A stretch of DNA of 64,000 nt, taken from assembly GCA_020891255.1 (NCBI GenBank), contig BQFW01000008.1, positions 2,542,001-2,606,000 of the forward strand, given 5' to 3'. The position numbers and the translations under genes are program-made. The notes below the pieces were generated by a model. The model was given only the letters and a program-made list of their open reading frames with translations. It did no database searches and was not told the origin of the DNA. Positions 47,817 through 61,863 of the stretch are shown here, piece after piece. This stretch comes from Entomortierella parvispora E1425 (Eukaryota > Fungi > Mortierellomycota). Within the stretch, counting starts at the first letter, position 1. The number at the start of each line of letters is the position of its first letter.

Positions 47817-49510
47817 TGTGGATGAGAAGGAGGGGAGGGGAATTTTTTGAGTGGAAGGGGTCGTTAAAGAGAGGTGCAAGAATGCGAGAGAGAGAGAGAG
47901 AAGACGAGGGGGGGGAAAAAAAGAAGTGTAGAAAAGAGAAGAGAGGAAAAAGAGGTGAGAGGATGCGAGGAGATGGTTTTATAGGAAGGACAAAGAGGCG
48001 ACGATGATTGAAAGAAAAAAAGATAACAACAACAGGGGAGGTTCAAGAATAGAAATAAGCAATGGGTGGGGGCAAATGGATGCTATGTGCAATGCGACGC
48101 TAGGAGAGCAAAGTCATCTCGCTCGTTCTCTTTTGTTCGGTACAGCATGCAAAAGACGAGATTTTGACCGATCGTCTGCTCTGTCTGGTGGATAGATCAT
48201 TCGTTGGATCGAAGGACCAGAAGGGGGACGAAAAAGAAACGAGATTTCAAAGGGCGCGAAATTGGATGTAGGTGTACAATATCTATTTTCATTTGCAGCA
48301 GGTACCTACGAACACCCGGGGATTTGCATGCTGTGGAGGGGTGCTGGAGCAGCCTGTCAGAAGAGAGTCAAGAGACTAGGGGGGAAACTGAGAGCAATGA
48401 GACTATATAGACTACCTACTTATGGGTCGTCTTATGCAATCCCAATCCTATTGAGCGGGATGAGCATGGAATGGGCAGGGAAGAAAAGAGAGAAAAAGAA
48501 AGAGGGGATTGGACATGGATATTCGGGGAAGGCTGAAACGGACAAGCATCCAAGAGCTAGCCGCTCTCGGCCACCCTTGCGCCAGGAGGAGAGGAGGATC
48601 GCAAGAAAACGGCAACTGTCCAAGGGCAGGCGTGTCAGTCTGTGTCCATGTCCATGTCCGTGTGTGAGTCTCCCTATGTGCGTCATGATCCACATCCCAT
48701 TGACAGTTACAACAAGACAGGACACAAAAAGTGTTCAGTCGCGTCGTGTTTGGACGTGTTCCAATTGGCTTCGTGTTCGTGTTCGTATCGTGTCCATGAA
48801 CTTGTTTCTGTCAGGCCCCTTGGGGTGGGATGGGGTGGGGTGGGGGAGCAGTGTCACCATAACATCGCAGAGCAACCACATCCGCATCCACATCCACCAC
48901 GAACTGGTCTGCCTGTCTGTCTGTCTGCCTGTCTGTCTGTCCATGACTCTATCTGCTTGTCCAAAGGACTCTCGCTCCCCTGTCTATCCCCCCATTCAAG
49001 CATACAGGGTTCTCTTGCTCACATTGGGAGAGCAAAGAGAGAAAGAAAGAAAATAGACAAAGTACCCTCAATGCTCCCATGCCCCCCCTCCCCCCCAACG
49101 TAAACCAGCCAACCAACCAGGTCAAACCAGCCAAACCATCCATCCGTCCATCCATCCTCCCGGTGCTCTCGTTTGTCATCCCTCCACATCCATCGCTCCT
49201 TCACTCCATCTTGCAATCACTCTTTATTCGCTCTCCCTTTCACCGTCGACTCGCACTCTTCCTTTCCCACCCTTCTATTCCCAGTCGACCTCCTTCCCCG
49301 TGCTTTCATCATTCCTTCGCTCTCTCTCGCCTCTTTATTCTTTTTTTTTTTTTTTTTTTTATTATTTATTCTTGTCCTTTCCTGGCCCGCTGCAGTTCAG
49401 TCGTACCTTCTGTCCCAATATACCCTTCCTTCAGTACCCCATCGTCCTCATTCCACTTTACCTCTTCCAACAGCTTTTTGCCCATAGTGTCACCTGGCAA
49501 CTCGGAGGCC

Positions 49511-52500
49511 ATGGCCACATCGATCCCTTCTTCCCTCCGCCAGTTTGAGCCCTCTCAATGCAAGTCGACGTGTCATGACCCGTTCTTTTTTATGCCCGTT
49601 TTTTATTTTATCCCCGACCTTTTTTTGGGCCTGTTGTCTAACCGTGTCTTTTGGTGTATCGTTTCTTGTTCTTGTCGCTTCCCTTCTTCTAGTTGCCATC
49701 TCTAGCATCCTCCTTCATAATGCAACAGCGTCGCCAGCATTGACCATCTCGGCATTGCCGCCCTCTGGCTTTGCTGTCCGATCACACACCCAGGACAGAA
49801 TCGAGTATGTGCAAGATCCTGAAGTCGCTTGGCCGTCTGGCCAAGAGCCAAACCAAAATAGAGTCGACACCGTTGCCGTAACGACGCCCATCGTGTCGTC
49901 GGTACAGGATACAACAGCGGCAGTAACGGCAGCAACACCAGCAGTGCCTCAACCAGCAGCCTTCGAGATACCAGTCTTGTTACTTAAAGTTCATGGTGAC
50001 CAAGGGTTTAGACTGACGTTCGGGCTGGAGGGCCGACTTGTGGAGCAGCTGTCGTCGGTCGCACAAGAGACTGGGGAACAGCAGCAGCAGCAGCAGCCAC
50101 AACACCAACAGCCCCAACAACTTGACACGTCGTCATTGGAGGGTGGTGCATCCAGTTCCGAACAGCGTGAGAACCCACCAATGGGCAATGCCCACAAAAA
50201 TACTAGCAGTAAGGAGCATGGACCCGCGGCAGGCATGGAGGGACTGGCCAATACATTTCCTCATCCTTCCCAGGCGCCAGACAACTTGTTCTTTGCCGAG
50301 ACTAGTTCTGAACAAGAGCTAGAGAACCTTTGCCAGGAACCCGACTTTCAGTCCATGGTGCGTGCGCGATTTCTTTTTGGCCCTTTTTTTTGGCCCTTTT
50401 TTGTTCTTTTGTTCTTTCTTGCTCCTCCTTGCGCGCCTCCTGATGGACGCAACGACATTTTTGTTGACTCTGAACCTCTCAATTTCCCGATACCAAATAG
50501 ATAAAGGAGCATGCAGTGACGACCGTCGAGTTTCCAGTGATTTATGACGGCACAAAGGCAGCAACAGCAACAGCGACAGCAACCACACCAGATCAGCCGC
50601 ATGAGAGCGTTAGTTCCAAAGTACATGCATGGGACTGGACCTATACTCCCAAGGACCAGGTGGACGATGGCCTGAAAGGGCACAAAACCGTCTTTGCTGT
50701 AAGCTGAGCCAACACTTCCCACCCAGCCCCTCGTCCAAGAAAGAAAAAAAATAACCATTGCACTATCGCACTATTGGTTCAACCATTGCTTGAACCATTT
50801 TGAAAAAAGAGCTTTTTTCGGATAATCATACTAATACTGCCATTTTGCCACGTTTATTTTTATTTTTGCATTCGCCTCTTTTTTCTATTGTGTTTTTCTC
50901 TCTTTTAGTTTCTGCTTCGTGATGCTTCCTCTGGCGCCGTGAAGGTTCTCTCTCGATTCTCTTTCTGGATCATTGGTAAGACGCAGAATTCTGTTGCTCT
51001 AGCGAGACAGAGAATGATCTGTTGTTTGAGAAACCATCTTTTTGACCCTATCCGTCTTTTGTTTGCATGTTGACTTGTAGATCCAGTACGGCCAGACCAA
51101 TTCACAGGGCCACGCAACTATATTCCTTCACCTTCACCTACATCAGCAGTCCACCGACATTGGCGGAGGGCCTCCACTCCTGAAAGACTTAGCTCTAGTA
51201 TGAATCGACTGACCTCTTTTCAGTCCAAGCTGGTGTCGATTCCCACCAGTCATTTGTCCTTGCCAAGTCTACCGGAAGCAGCTGCAGGGGCGACCGGAAC
51301 AGCCACTGGAGGAGCACAGGCAATGTCGTCCTCGACAGCAGCCATGACAGGCGACAACTCGCAAACATCCTTCTCGCCCAACGCCCCGCCATTTGTGCCT
51401 GATACTGAGGACGGTCCTCTCTTCCGTGCCACGGTCGTAGAATGCGAAAGTCACATTCGGGACATGAAGGCATCGACCAAACGTATCATCAAAGCCGCAC
51501 AAACGGTTTTGGACGCCCGGAAATCTTGGACAATGGCAGAGGAAATCTTTGTAAAGGAACTGGAGGGGTTCAAACCAGCCGAACCCCTCCTGAACGCTTA
51601 CATGCGACCCATGACCCAGTGTTTGTCCGATAGTTCAGAAAAGCTGGGACAGCAGATGCGGAACCTGTTGATTGAGCCCCTGACGCGGTTTTACGAGAAC
51701 GACATCAAGGTAGCAGAATCCTACCGCAAGGCCTTTGATGACGAGAGCAAGGAGTACTATACGTTCCTGTCTCGGTACATGGCCATGAAACAGGAGAGCA
51801 ACCGGAAAAAGAGCGATGCGGATGCAAAATACGAAAAGAAGCGGCGTCACTTTGAGCTCAAGCGATTCGAATATTGGGGTTTTTTGCTGGATATGCGGAT
51901 CGGAGGAAGCAAAAGCGACGAGATTCTGCATCATTTGACCAATTATTCAGAAAAATACGGGCGAAATATCATGGAATTGGCCCTCTTGGCGGATGAACTC
52001 AAGCCTGGTCTGGATGGGCTCTCGGCGGATCTCTTGGAGTCCCAAAAGCGCGCTGTCAGTCTAAGACGTGAGCGACAGGAGCGTAGGAAGGAGCTGATGG
52101 ACCTGAATGACGAGGCTTCGGGATCACAAACCTTTTCCAAAAGCGGATCCGGAATGGCTATGAATAGCGGAGGTAGTAGCCATAGTGGCAGTAGTCCAGG
52201 TGGACCGGCAGCCCATGGAGACTCGTTGTCAGATAGTCAGACTTTGGCTTCTTCTCGGGAGCAGAGTGGAGAGCAGTTGATGGAGGGTGGTTCTGCGGGA
52301 CAGGATCACCGTCCTAGACCTATTTCAGGAACCTCTCAGAATTCGTCCACTATTTTCGGATCATCCCCGTCCTCTTCAGCGCCAGCAGGAGCCCAACCTG
52401 CCAAGTTTAGTGGAATCCGCGATCTGGAGCACCAGGATACGGATGCCGGCACTGCTCTAGGACGCCGCAAGGAGGGGTTCTTGTTTGCGACCAGCCGTCC

Positions 52501-55205
52501 CAGTTTGCACAACAACTCGGCCGTCTTGGAAAAGCCAAACATCAACTGGCACAAGTACTGGTGTGTCTTGTCTGAAGGGCAGTTGCACGAGTACTCGCAC
52601 TGGAAGAAGGGAGCGACGATGCCCCATAACGATCCTATCAACCTCAAGATCTCGACTGTACGGGCTTGCAGAAACCAGGATCGACGATTCTGCTTTGAGG
52701 TCATCACGCCAAAGTTCAGACGTGTCTATCAGGCCACCAGCACTGAAGACATGAACTCTTGGATTTCTGTCATCTCCAACGCCATCCAAAGCTTGTTGAA
52801 CGGCACCAGTAGTATGCAAAGTCAGGAGAGCTATCCATCTTCTACTTCAGGAGCTCGGGGACTGGAGGGACAAAATGTGGGCGGGCGATCGAGCATGGAG
52901 CAGGTAATGCAGGCATTACCTTCTTCTGGCCATGTTCAGGGATCAAGCGATGGAAAATCGACCAGTGACTATGGATCCCGTAAAGGAGCTTCAGAGTCGA
53001 GCAATGAGCAGGATCATTACGGATCGAGGCTCTTGCAAGTGATGCGGGAATCGCACCCTTCCAACAGCTTTTGTGCAGAGTGTGGAGCCAAGAACCCGGA
53101 TTGGTGCGCCATCAACCTTGGCATTCTGATTTGCATTGGTAACATAATTTTCTTTTCGAGTGTTTTTTTTTTGTACTTTTCAAGTCTACATTTGAGCTAG
53201 GAGATTTACCCTGTTTCTTTTTTTATGCCATTCTCTAGAATGCTCTGGTATCCATCGTAGTCTCGGAACACATATATCCAAAGTCAGGTCCTTCACACTG
53301 GATACGACCTCATATACCCGCGATCTGTTTGATTTCATCCGAGCGGTGGGCAATAACGTTTCAAACGATATTTGGGAAGCCAGACTCGTTCAGACCGCTT
53401 CTGTCCCAGTCACTCAGGATGAAAATCAACAACAACAGCAGCAACAACAGCAAACGCAGCCGCAGGAAGTCGTGTTCCGAAAGCCTGTCGTGAATGATGG
53501 CCGGGAATACAAGGTCGCCTTTATTCAGAAAAAGTACATTGAGCGAGCGTTCGTGGACAAAAAGAGACGACTGGCGTCTGAAGCAGAAGATACTGGGGCT
53601 GGTGCTGAGGAGGACGATCGAATGGCTGCCACAAAGCTTCTGTTCAAGGCAGTTGTGGCCAATGATATGGCTGCAGTGATTGCCGCCTTTGCCTGTGGAG
53701 CGGATCTCAACGCCGTGGAAGAGGCAGAGCTGGACGATGGCGGTGGAGACACTTGCACAGAGACGAGCGAGTCGAATTCTGTGCCCGCATCAACAGCAGT
53801 GACTGCAGCAGTGACACCAGAGGTTGCAGGCGAGAGCAGTGATTCACTTCAGGTTATCGAGGAGGATTCTGAGTTGGTCTCTCATTCACCAGGGTCAGAG
53901 ACTTCCAAGTCAACAATTTCGTCCTCGGTCTTGAATCTTCCTGGCGCTCGTGGCAGTGGTCAAGGCAGATCCTCCTTCAGAGTCATGGAGACGTCGCCCT
54001 TGCTCCTTGCTCTTCGAAATGGCGTTCCTTTCAGTCTGGACGAGCAGTACGAGGTCTATCCTATGGCTGAGTTTATGTTGCAGAATGGAGCGACCAGCAA
54101 TTTGAGCGTGGAGGTACAGATGATTGACGATGAACTGGATTCCAATACCTCGATCGATAACAGCACTGCCACCGATGGAAACCCCTCTGCGACGGATGCC
54201 AGCAACAAGAATGGTTGGGATTCTACCCAGGTTGACCCAGAAGATATTCGCCACTTTCAACAGCGATCCAACCGCCGAAGTCTTGGTCAGGTTGTCCACA
54301 TGAGAGGCGAGGGAGGATCGGCTGCCATGGAGTATCTGCGTGGGAAGAGCGCAGCCCGAGGAGAAGCTATGCCTGGATCGACCTCTTCGCTGACCGGTCA
54401 TACCTATGGCGATTCTAAAGCGCCCATTGGCTCTAGTTCCCCACCCGCAAACTCGACCCTTGGCAACTTTTCACCGCGATTGCGACCCCAGACGCTGACT
54501 GTGGGCGTCAGTTCTCTCTCGGCGCCTACTTCAGTGGTATCTTCCCCCTCAGGACCAGGAAACTACTCGACCACTGTTCTCCGTGGCACGCACTCGCCTC
54601 ACTCAACGTCAATTCAGCAGGACATTGCAAGTCTCTTTCAAAAGAGAAGAGTAAGCGATGGCGGTCTAGGACCTGCCCTCGTGGCAGCGGCCAAGGCGAC
54701 CGAGGCTGTCCACGATAGACAACAGTCCAAGGCTTCTCACGACTCTGGTTCATCGCAGCAATCACCTCACGCAATGGACCCATCCACGTCTTCGTCTTCT
54801 TCGGCCATGTCTTCGCCTACACATCACCGATCGATCCATGGTTATGGACATGGTCATGGTATCCACTCGTCCTCTTCGCCCCATCAGCATTCATTGCACG
54901 CGTCCAGCAGTCGTGCCCACAAGGTCAAAGCGACCTTGTCCAAGAGCTTACGGCTTTCAGCTGCGTACTTGAAGAACAATGTGTTGAAGGAAGAGCGGGA
55001 TCACCACCCAATGCCCGTGTTTGTGACCTCCACTCAGCCCTCCGCGACCTCTTCTTCTTCTGCCAACAACACCACCCATGCCAACACTAACGCCACTGCG
55101 TCATCAGAGACTGATACCCGTAACCCTCACGACAGCACCGCAGGCACCGAGTCTGAGGAACCCTTGTCAGGACCCTATGTTATTCTGAACCCGAAAGGCA
55201 AATAA
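49511..55205 (+). CDS. BAR-PH-ArfGAP-ankyrin protein (ACAP/centaurin-beta-like); exons 49511-49559, 49693-50357, 50501-~50698, 50909-~50975, 51081-53138, 53239-55205
   Basis: BAR (EDGPLFRATVVECE), PH (RRKEGFLF...WHKYWCVL...DRRFCFEVITP...WISVISNAI) and ArfGAP zinc finger [40 protein letters not shown]. The upstream exons splice in frame, the first through a GC-AG intron; the 5' exons are less certain than the core. Confidence 0.85.
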
Positions 55206-55398
55206 TAATAAAAGCAAAAGCTAGGCCTTCTTTAGTGTCTGTTTCTTTTCTCATCTTTTTGTTCACAGTTCACTGTGCACTACTGTTCCTACACTTATAG
55301 CATCAGGTTTTTTTGTATATATTTTTATTCATATTAATGAGATATGGTATACGTGCGCGAGATTCTGAATAGGATCCTACTCCCCATTTTCAGTTTTT

Positions 55399-56011
55399 TT
55401 AGGCAGAGGTGCTGGTAGGAAGATGGGAGCGAATCCACTGAATATAAAAAGCAATGACCTCCTTGCGATCGTCCTCGGGCTCGTTATGCAACTCGTGGTA
55501 AAACTCTGGCCACGTCTTGAATTCCTTGTCATCGACCTCACACTTGTCAAAGAAGGCCTTGGCGGCGTCGTACGAGGTCAAGCCATCGGCGGTTCCGTGG
55601 CAGATCAAGAGGGGGACGTTTTTGGTGATGTCCTTGTAGCGACTGTTGAGCAACTTTTCACCGTTGGTCAACATGTCGTACATGCCCTGGGCGGTGCCGT
55701 AACCGTGGACCAAAGGATCGGCATCGTACTTGGCCACCTCTTCCTTGTCCCTGGACACGAAATGAGAAGAGAGCTTGACGGGGATCTGGAAGGAAGGCAG
55801 GACCTTGGAGACCACACCGGCCAAACCGACCGTGAGTTTGTTGGGGCGCGTAGGGGCCGAGGCCAGGACCAAGGGCGCAGAGGCAATCAGGCCTGAAAGC
55901 TGGGTGCGGAGAGGTCCAATGCAGTCATAGTTCAAGACAAGACTTCCACCCTAATAATGAAGATCCAGAGTGACAGGGTTGTCAGGAACGCGTTCCTGGA
56001 GTACAAGAACC

Positions 56012-56043
<32 letters not shown>

Positions 56044-56672
56044 TGATGGACTTACATAGCTGTGTCCCATGAGGAACAGGGGAAGACCTTCAATCTTGCC
56101 ACGCTCCAAGGCAGCTGTGATATCGGGAATTGCTTTGGCATAGCCTCCAGTCGATCCCAAAGTCTTTGACTTTTTGCCTAAAAGCACATATGGAGCAAGA
56201 AAACAGTTAGAGATATCGTGCAGCTATCGAATGATAGATCTTTCCCACAGGGGACAGACACCCAGCAACAAAGATGAAAAGGTGGAAAGACAGGAGGTTT
56301 CCTCTCCTCATCCAGTTCTCCATCCCCTTTTTCCCCCTGTTCTCTTTTACCTGTCTGTCCGAATCCACGCTGATCGTAGGCCGAGACCTGGAATCCAGCC
56401 TTGTTGAACTCTTCAAAGACATGGTCGTAACCTAATAGGATGAAGCAAAGTGAGAATAGCGAGTTAGACAACAGGTCCTCCAATGAAGAAAAGTGAACAA
56501 AGCCCTGGAGTGCCGTTCGCTGCTTTGTTGGAGACTTACGGACGCAATGCTCGCCCAGACCGTGGACAAAGACAATGGCAGCCACGGGGGTTCCGACCGC
56601 GTACCAGGTCTTTGTAAAGATCTCATGACCGTCCTCGGTGGTAATCCATTCGACCTTGTTGGGAGCAGCCAT
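55399..56672 (-). CDS. Monoglyceride lipase-like alpha/beta hydrolase (Hydrolase_4 family), multi-exon
   Basis: IVFVHGLGEH, YDQRGFG, PLFLMGHS (nucleophile elbow), PLLICHGTAD and YHELHNEP. Confidence 0.9.
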
Positions 56673-57466
56673 TGTGAGTTTTGGTGTTGTTGATGAAGTG
56701 AAAGAAGAAGAAGAGTCGGTGATGGATGAAAAAATGTTCCAGTCAGAGATGAGATGAGCAGAGATGAAATGTGAATGGAGAAATGAAAAGAAAAAAAAAG
56801 AAGAAAGGAAGCAGACACGCACCATGTCCCTGTTTTATGCCAGCAGTTCCATGGACACCGAAAGACAAGCCCAGACTGCAGGCTCGTGCAAAAATGCATG
56901 GCTCGTTCGCTCATTGGCTGGACCGCTGGCTTTGCTCGGCTTCAGAGTCGCCCCGATGGCGCCCCTCTCTCTCTTCTTCTTACGTTCCATGGACGCCGGG
57001 TAGGTGTCTGAGACAGCCATCCTGGATTCCAGGAACGAACGGGTCTGTCGGCGGAGATGCTTTGCCGAAGACCGATCATCATCGCCATCGCCTGGTTGCC
57101 TTGCTTGCTTGACTTTGGATCTTTTTCTTTTTTTTTTTTTTTGTGGAGAGCAACAGTTGCACCACGCTCCTCTCTCCACACACGAATACAAACAGGGGAC
57201 AGAGATTCGCGGACTTGCGTTCAATTTGTCCATCCTGAGACGTGTTTTCGCCTGACAAAAAAAAAAAAAAAGACAACATGAGAAGCTAATAGCGCCTAGA
57301 CATCTCTTGATTCTGTCTCCGTTGCAAGCTATTGAGTTGGGACAAAAAAGATCTTTATTGAAAATGCATATGTATGACAAGAGTAACAGTCAAAATGGAA
57401 AAGAGAAGGTTTTCACTAATACTGAAAAAAAAAACTCCCGTCCGTCAATTACGAGTAGAGGCTCCC

Positions 57467-60222
57467 TTATTCTTGTGAAAGGGAATCATAGTCCTGAGAG
57501 AGAGAAGGATAGAGTGGGTTGGTTGGGTTCATGAACTCTGAATCATGGCGCCTCATGCCAAAAAAGCTGCCATTGGGTCCGGTGCGGGGTGGGACCTTGG
57601 GCACACCTCGGGTTCCAAAGCCAGTTCTACCGTAGCCAGAGTAGGCGTCATCTATACCGCTATCTTCAGGGCTGTGATGGCGATGGAGGCCACTGCCTGA
57701 ATGTCCTGCTGCCTGATCGCTCAGCACGCCCGAGGCTCCAACCCACTCCCACACACGGTGAACCTCGCCGCGAACTTCTTGTGTGCTCGTGCGCACATTC
57801 GAGTTCCTCTCCACAGCGGCCACGACATTGTCCCAGATCTCTTGTCTCTGCGCGGTCGAGTGAACATTGGCCAGGAGAACATCACGCAGATGCAATTGGG
57901 GGAGGAAAGGCTCTGGGTAGATGACAGGGTCCACATAGTAGTAGTGAGCTTGATCAGAGAGTTTTGTCAAAACATTCTGGACGAGACCGTTGATAACCCT
58001 GGTCTCCTTGTGTCTACGAGTGATATAGTTCTTGACTGCGACTGCTCCAATAACACTGGCCAACAGGGCTATAAAAATGACATGGGTTAGCTCCACTGAT
58101 GATATTCTCAAGGGCAGAAGAATAGTGAAAATTGAACTTGCCAGCAAAGAAAAACTTGAACTTGACAATCCATCCGACAAGAGTCTGTCGGATAGCACAT
58201 CCCAACGATCTTCTGGGCTTGAGGGATCGAATAATGTCCTCACTACGATTCGACAAATGAGCAGACGTCAGCTTTTGAAAATATAGACCTTTGCGACCCA
58301 CATTCCTTTGCGCGCGCTTCTGTACCTGTTTACTCCCTGCTCAAAAGAGACCTTGTTGGGACGGCGTCGAAGTTCCCGCATTGCCAAATCCCAATATTGT
58401 GAAAAGTCCTCATCCGAGACAGAGTCCTGTTCAATGTCGATTTAGCATATTAGAAAAAAAATGTATCTCTGACCGGCATTTGTTCTATGAGCAGAGCAGT
58501 CCTTACATCTTTCAATTGCTCCAACTGGTAGCGCAACTCGTCGACAGGGATTCCTCGGCGACTACGGTAACCAGCGCTGTTGACAGGGAAAGAATCTCTG
58601 ACCATGCTACAATCAACATTGCCTGCGTGGCTGTGCAAAAGCTTCTCTGCTGCATCAGCGACCTGAAGGCTCTGATACTCCTTTGCCTTGTTCAAAACAC
58701 AGACGGGGGTGAGTGGCAGGAGGTTGCCAAAGCTGAACAGTTGCGGCTTAAGAAGGTACTCTGGTGGGCAGATGGGCTCGGCATCCGATGAAATACAAGT
58801 CGCGCGATCGGGGCATGGGATGCAAGAAGGGTAATAGAATGCTTATGTCCGCAAAGTTGCTCCATTAGTAACCATGTTCCTACTACAGGAAACACCCGAG
58901 AGTCATCCCCAAAAATGTTGCTTACCAGTGTTCTTCTCAGTGGTCGTGGGAGTGCAAAATCCAACCTGAATTCTCGTTTGGCGATACCACGCGCCATATG
59001 TCAGAAGAATCGCCGAGAGGGCAACAAGAGCTGGTGCAAGATATTGTTTCAAGTTGTTTCTGTTGAATCCCGTGCGACGATGTCCTGATGAGCTCAAATG
59101 CAGAGGCTTGGGCTCTGGAAGTTCAGAAACTGACAGACGTCGTGGTGTAGAGTGTGCCACAGACGAGGATGCCGATCCTGAATCGTCTTTGATTTTTGAG
59201 GATGGAGGCTGCATGAACCTGGAGAACGCGGGTTGGGCGGGGACTTTGAACACATGATCCTTGACAGGTGTGGTGTCCCTTTCCTTGCCCGAGCTCCTGC
59301 TTGACTGGCGCGATCGCGACTGAGAACGGGTGACAGAACGGGACGAAGTGTCGACAGTTCGAGATCTAGAACGCCTGCGCTCCGATTCACTTTCGCTCTG
59401 AAATGGGTTCTCGTCAGAAAAGTTGCTCCTGTCCGCCTTCTTTCTCGTCTTTGTCTCCTTCTGCTCAGGCGATGGCAATGGGTGGTGGTAGAAGTTAGTC
59501 CCTGCTGCAAAGATTTAGGAAAAGTGATCGTTGCAAGAACGACTCATATCCGTACCTTGACAGGGGTCTTTGCAAAAATAGCGGAGTCGTCATCACTCAT
59601 CAGAGTGGGGCGACGCACTGCCCTGCCTCTAGTGGGCGCCTCTTCTTCCTTTTTTTCCTTGTCAGCCTTGGCCGTCGCAATCTTGGCGCGACTGTTGCTT
59701 CGCTTAAGCTTGACCTACATCAAAAAAAAAAAAAAAAAAAAACGAAAATCTGGGGTTAATTAATTGCAAATTGTAGCGTGTCAAAAAAAAAGAAAGAAAA
59801 GACAAAAAAACAAGGCAAACAGGGCAGCCAGTGTTTTTTCCATGTACCTCTTTGACAGGTTCCTTGTCAGGCTCCTCAGTTGCCAATGATTGTTTACTAG
59901 CGGATCGGCCAAGACGCGGTTTGGGTGCGGGCTTGGTCTCTGTCGCGTCCTCGTCCACTTTAGGTTTACGCGCTTTTGGAGCCTTGGCAGGTGGGGGTGG
60001 GGCAGCATCAGATTCATCCTGAGAGTCGACTGCATTTGGGTTGTATTCGGGGATCCTGGGTTTGATGTGCTCGTTGAACAGATCCACCAACTTCTGCTTC
60101 CTCACTACGCCTGTGGGGGTCTTGACATTGTGCTCAATCAAGATTTCCCTAATTTGATCCATCGTGATTTTCCAGGGATCAAAGTCTGGATGGAGGTAAG
60201 GAGGCCTTTCCGAGGATGCCAT
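57467..60222 (-). CDS. Inner nuclear membrane protein SRC1/HEH (HeH/LEM-like N-terminus, Man1-Src1 C-terminal domain), multi-exon
   Basis: YLHPDFDPWKITMDQIREILIEHNV...KQKLVDLFNEHI, two TM segments, CPHKHSITLL...CLP, and EPFLPQLHLRDVLL...WDNVVAAVERNSNVR...WEWVG. Confidence 0.88.
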
Positions 60223-60959
60223 GGTTGTCTTTTCTTGCTCCGTGTCTCGTGTGTCTATGCGCGGATGCGATGTTGTTGGTGAATGGAGAGGGTGCAAGTG
60301 GCCAAGAAAGAGTCGGATTGTTGATTGCCCACTAAGTGCGCCCAAAAAAAAGGTGACGTCACCCGTCACGGCCGTGTGAGGGCCATGGGGAACCACTGCC
60401 AGGGCGATCCAGGTTCAGCCTTTGCTAGGACGCTTCCCCCGGAATGTTAAGAGCCTTATCGTTACGGACTGGGACCCAAGTGGACCCTTTGTAGATATCC
60501 ACTTTTTTAGGGCTTAAAGAGGCTGTGCGATGCGTTTCGAAAAGGAAGGCCAAGAGGGCACAAAGCTGCAGAGACAATTTCAATCCTCTCTTCACTTCTT
60601 AATTTTTGTCCTTTCCTTTTTGTATCCTCATAGTATAGGTGGAGTGTAGATCTCTCTCAGTTTAGAAAACGAGATACCAATCTCAACCACGCAACACTGT
60701 TGTCATTGGAGCGCCAATCATCCATGGTCGATCCTAATCGGCGGACACAGGCCGCCTTCCAACTATCCTTGGCATTGTTTCCATGAAACATGTGCCGCTA
60801 TCCTTCATGTGGCACTGGTGGATGCTACCTCCAATTTAAAGCTGGAGATCTCAATCCGACAGAGAAAGGGCAATGCGGCACTGGAAAAAAGGGAAAGGAC
60901 CTGCTGTTGCACCCAGTACCACATCAACCACCCAGGACGTCACAAGGGCCACCTCTGCC

Positions 60960-61140
60960 TCTTCTTTAAGGATATGCCTTATCCAAAGACCTTCTACAAC
61001 ATATCCGTCAACCAAAAGGCTGTGTACAGCCTGCATTCAAGTTGCACATATATTGCTAAATCCAGTTACTACTAGTTCAGGCCAGCTGTCTTGCCTCTTT
61101 TCTCATGCCGCTTCGTCTACAAAAAGATGTTTCCCAAGGT
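60960..61140 (+). pseudogene. Possible highly degraded Fanzor-family fragment
   Basis: FYNISVNQKAVY(frameshift)QPAFKL and LASFLMPLRLQKDV resemble, in the same order, HLNLAVSQKAVMQPVLRY and IESNLPPLRGSQSSV of the Fanzor in this window. Confidence 0.35.
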
Positions 61141-61863
61141 AAAGTTTAATATATTGGCATTGGAAGGAAATCACGGCCATGATGAAGCTGATAGTTGTTG
61201 TTTTTCTTCTAAAGTTATCAACCTAATATCTCCTGGCACAGGAGTCAGGAAAGCGCCTCGAATCCTCGTTCTGTTCATTGTGATGTGGGAGAAAGGTCGA
61301 GCATTTCAAGTTCTCCGAAAGGACATTACGAAACACTACAAAGGATGTTTTTCAACTATTCGCCGACATCTGCCCCAGAGGCTTAGCCTAGGAGAACCAC
61401 AAACTCAGAGTTTTATGGAGAGTCTTATATGATTTATACCTGAAGGCTCGAACTCACTGTCGTCCTAGCACAAGTAATCTGTGCGAGAAAAGTACACACT
61501 TCAAGCGGCAAAGACGGAAGAATATGATTGTCTGGTGATGCGCTTTTGAAGATTAAATCCTGCACAGCAGTGAAATAAAACCTGGATGCCTCGAGCGCGC
61601 CAGATGTTTAGATTGTTGTAGGATGCCGTGAAGGGCTGAGGCTAGAGTGTGAGGTGCTAGCTAGATCTCCGCAGTCATGGCAGTATCGCATGCAGAGAAG
61701 AAGAGGACGTCTTGTCATTTGCATGACGAGGACGCGTCCTAAAAGGGAAAACGTTTTAGCGCATGGACAATATAAGAAGTTGTCCTTGCTCCTTTGTTGC
61801 ATTCTCTCTTCCACAGTATTTTTTTTCCCACGAACACCAAACCCCACACTAACCAGACACATC

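Noticed and set aside
61440-61510. GTTCGAG T-loop-like motif on the minus strand (possible tRNA)
   Set aside because: The T-stem does not pair and no acceptor or D arms can be built.
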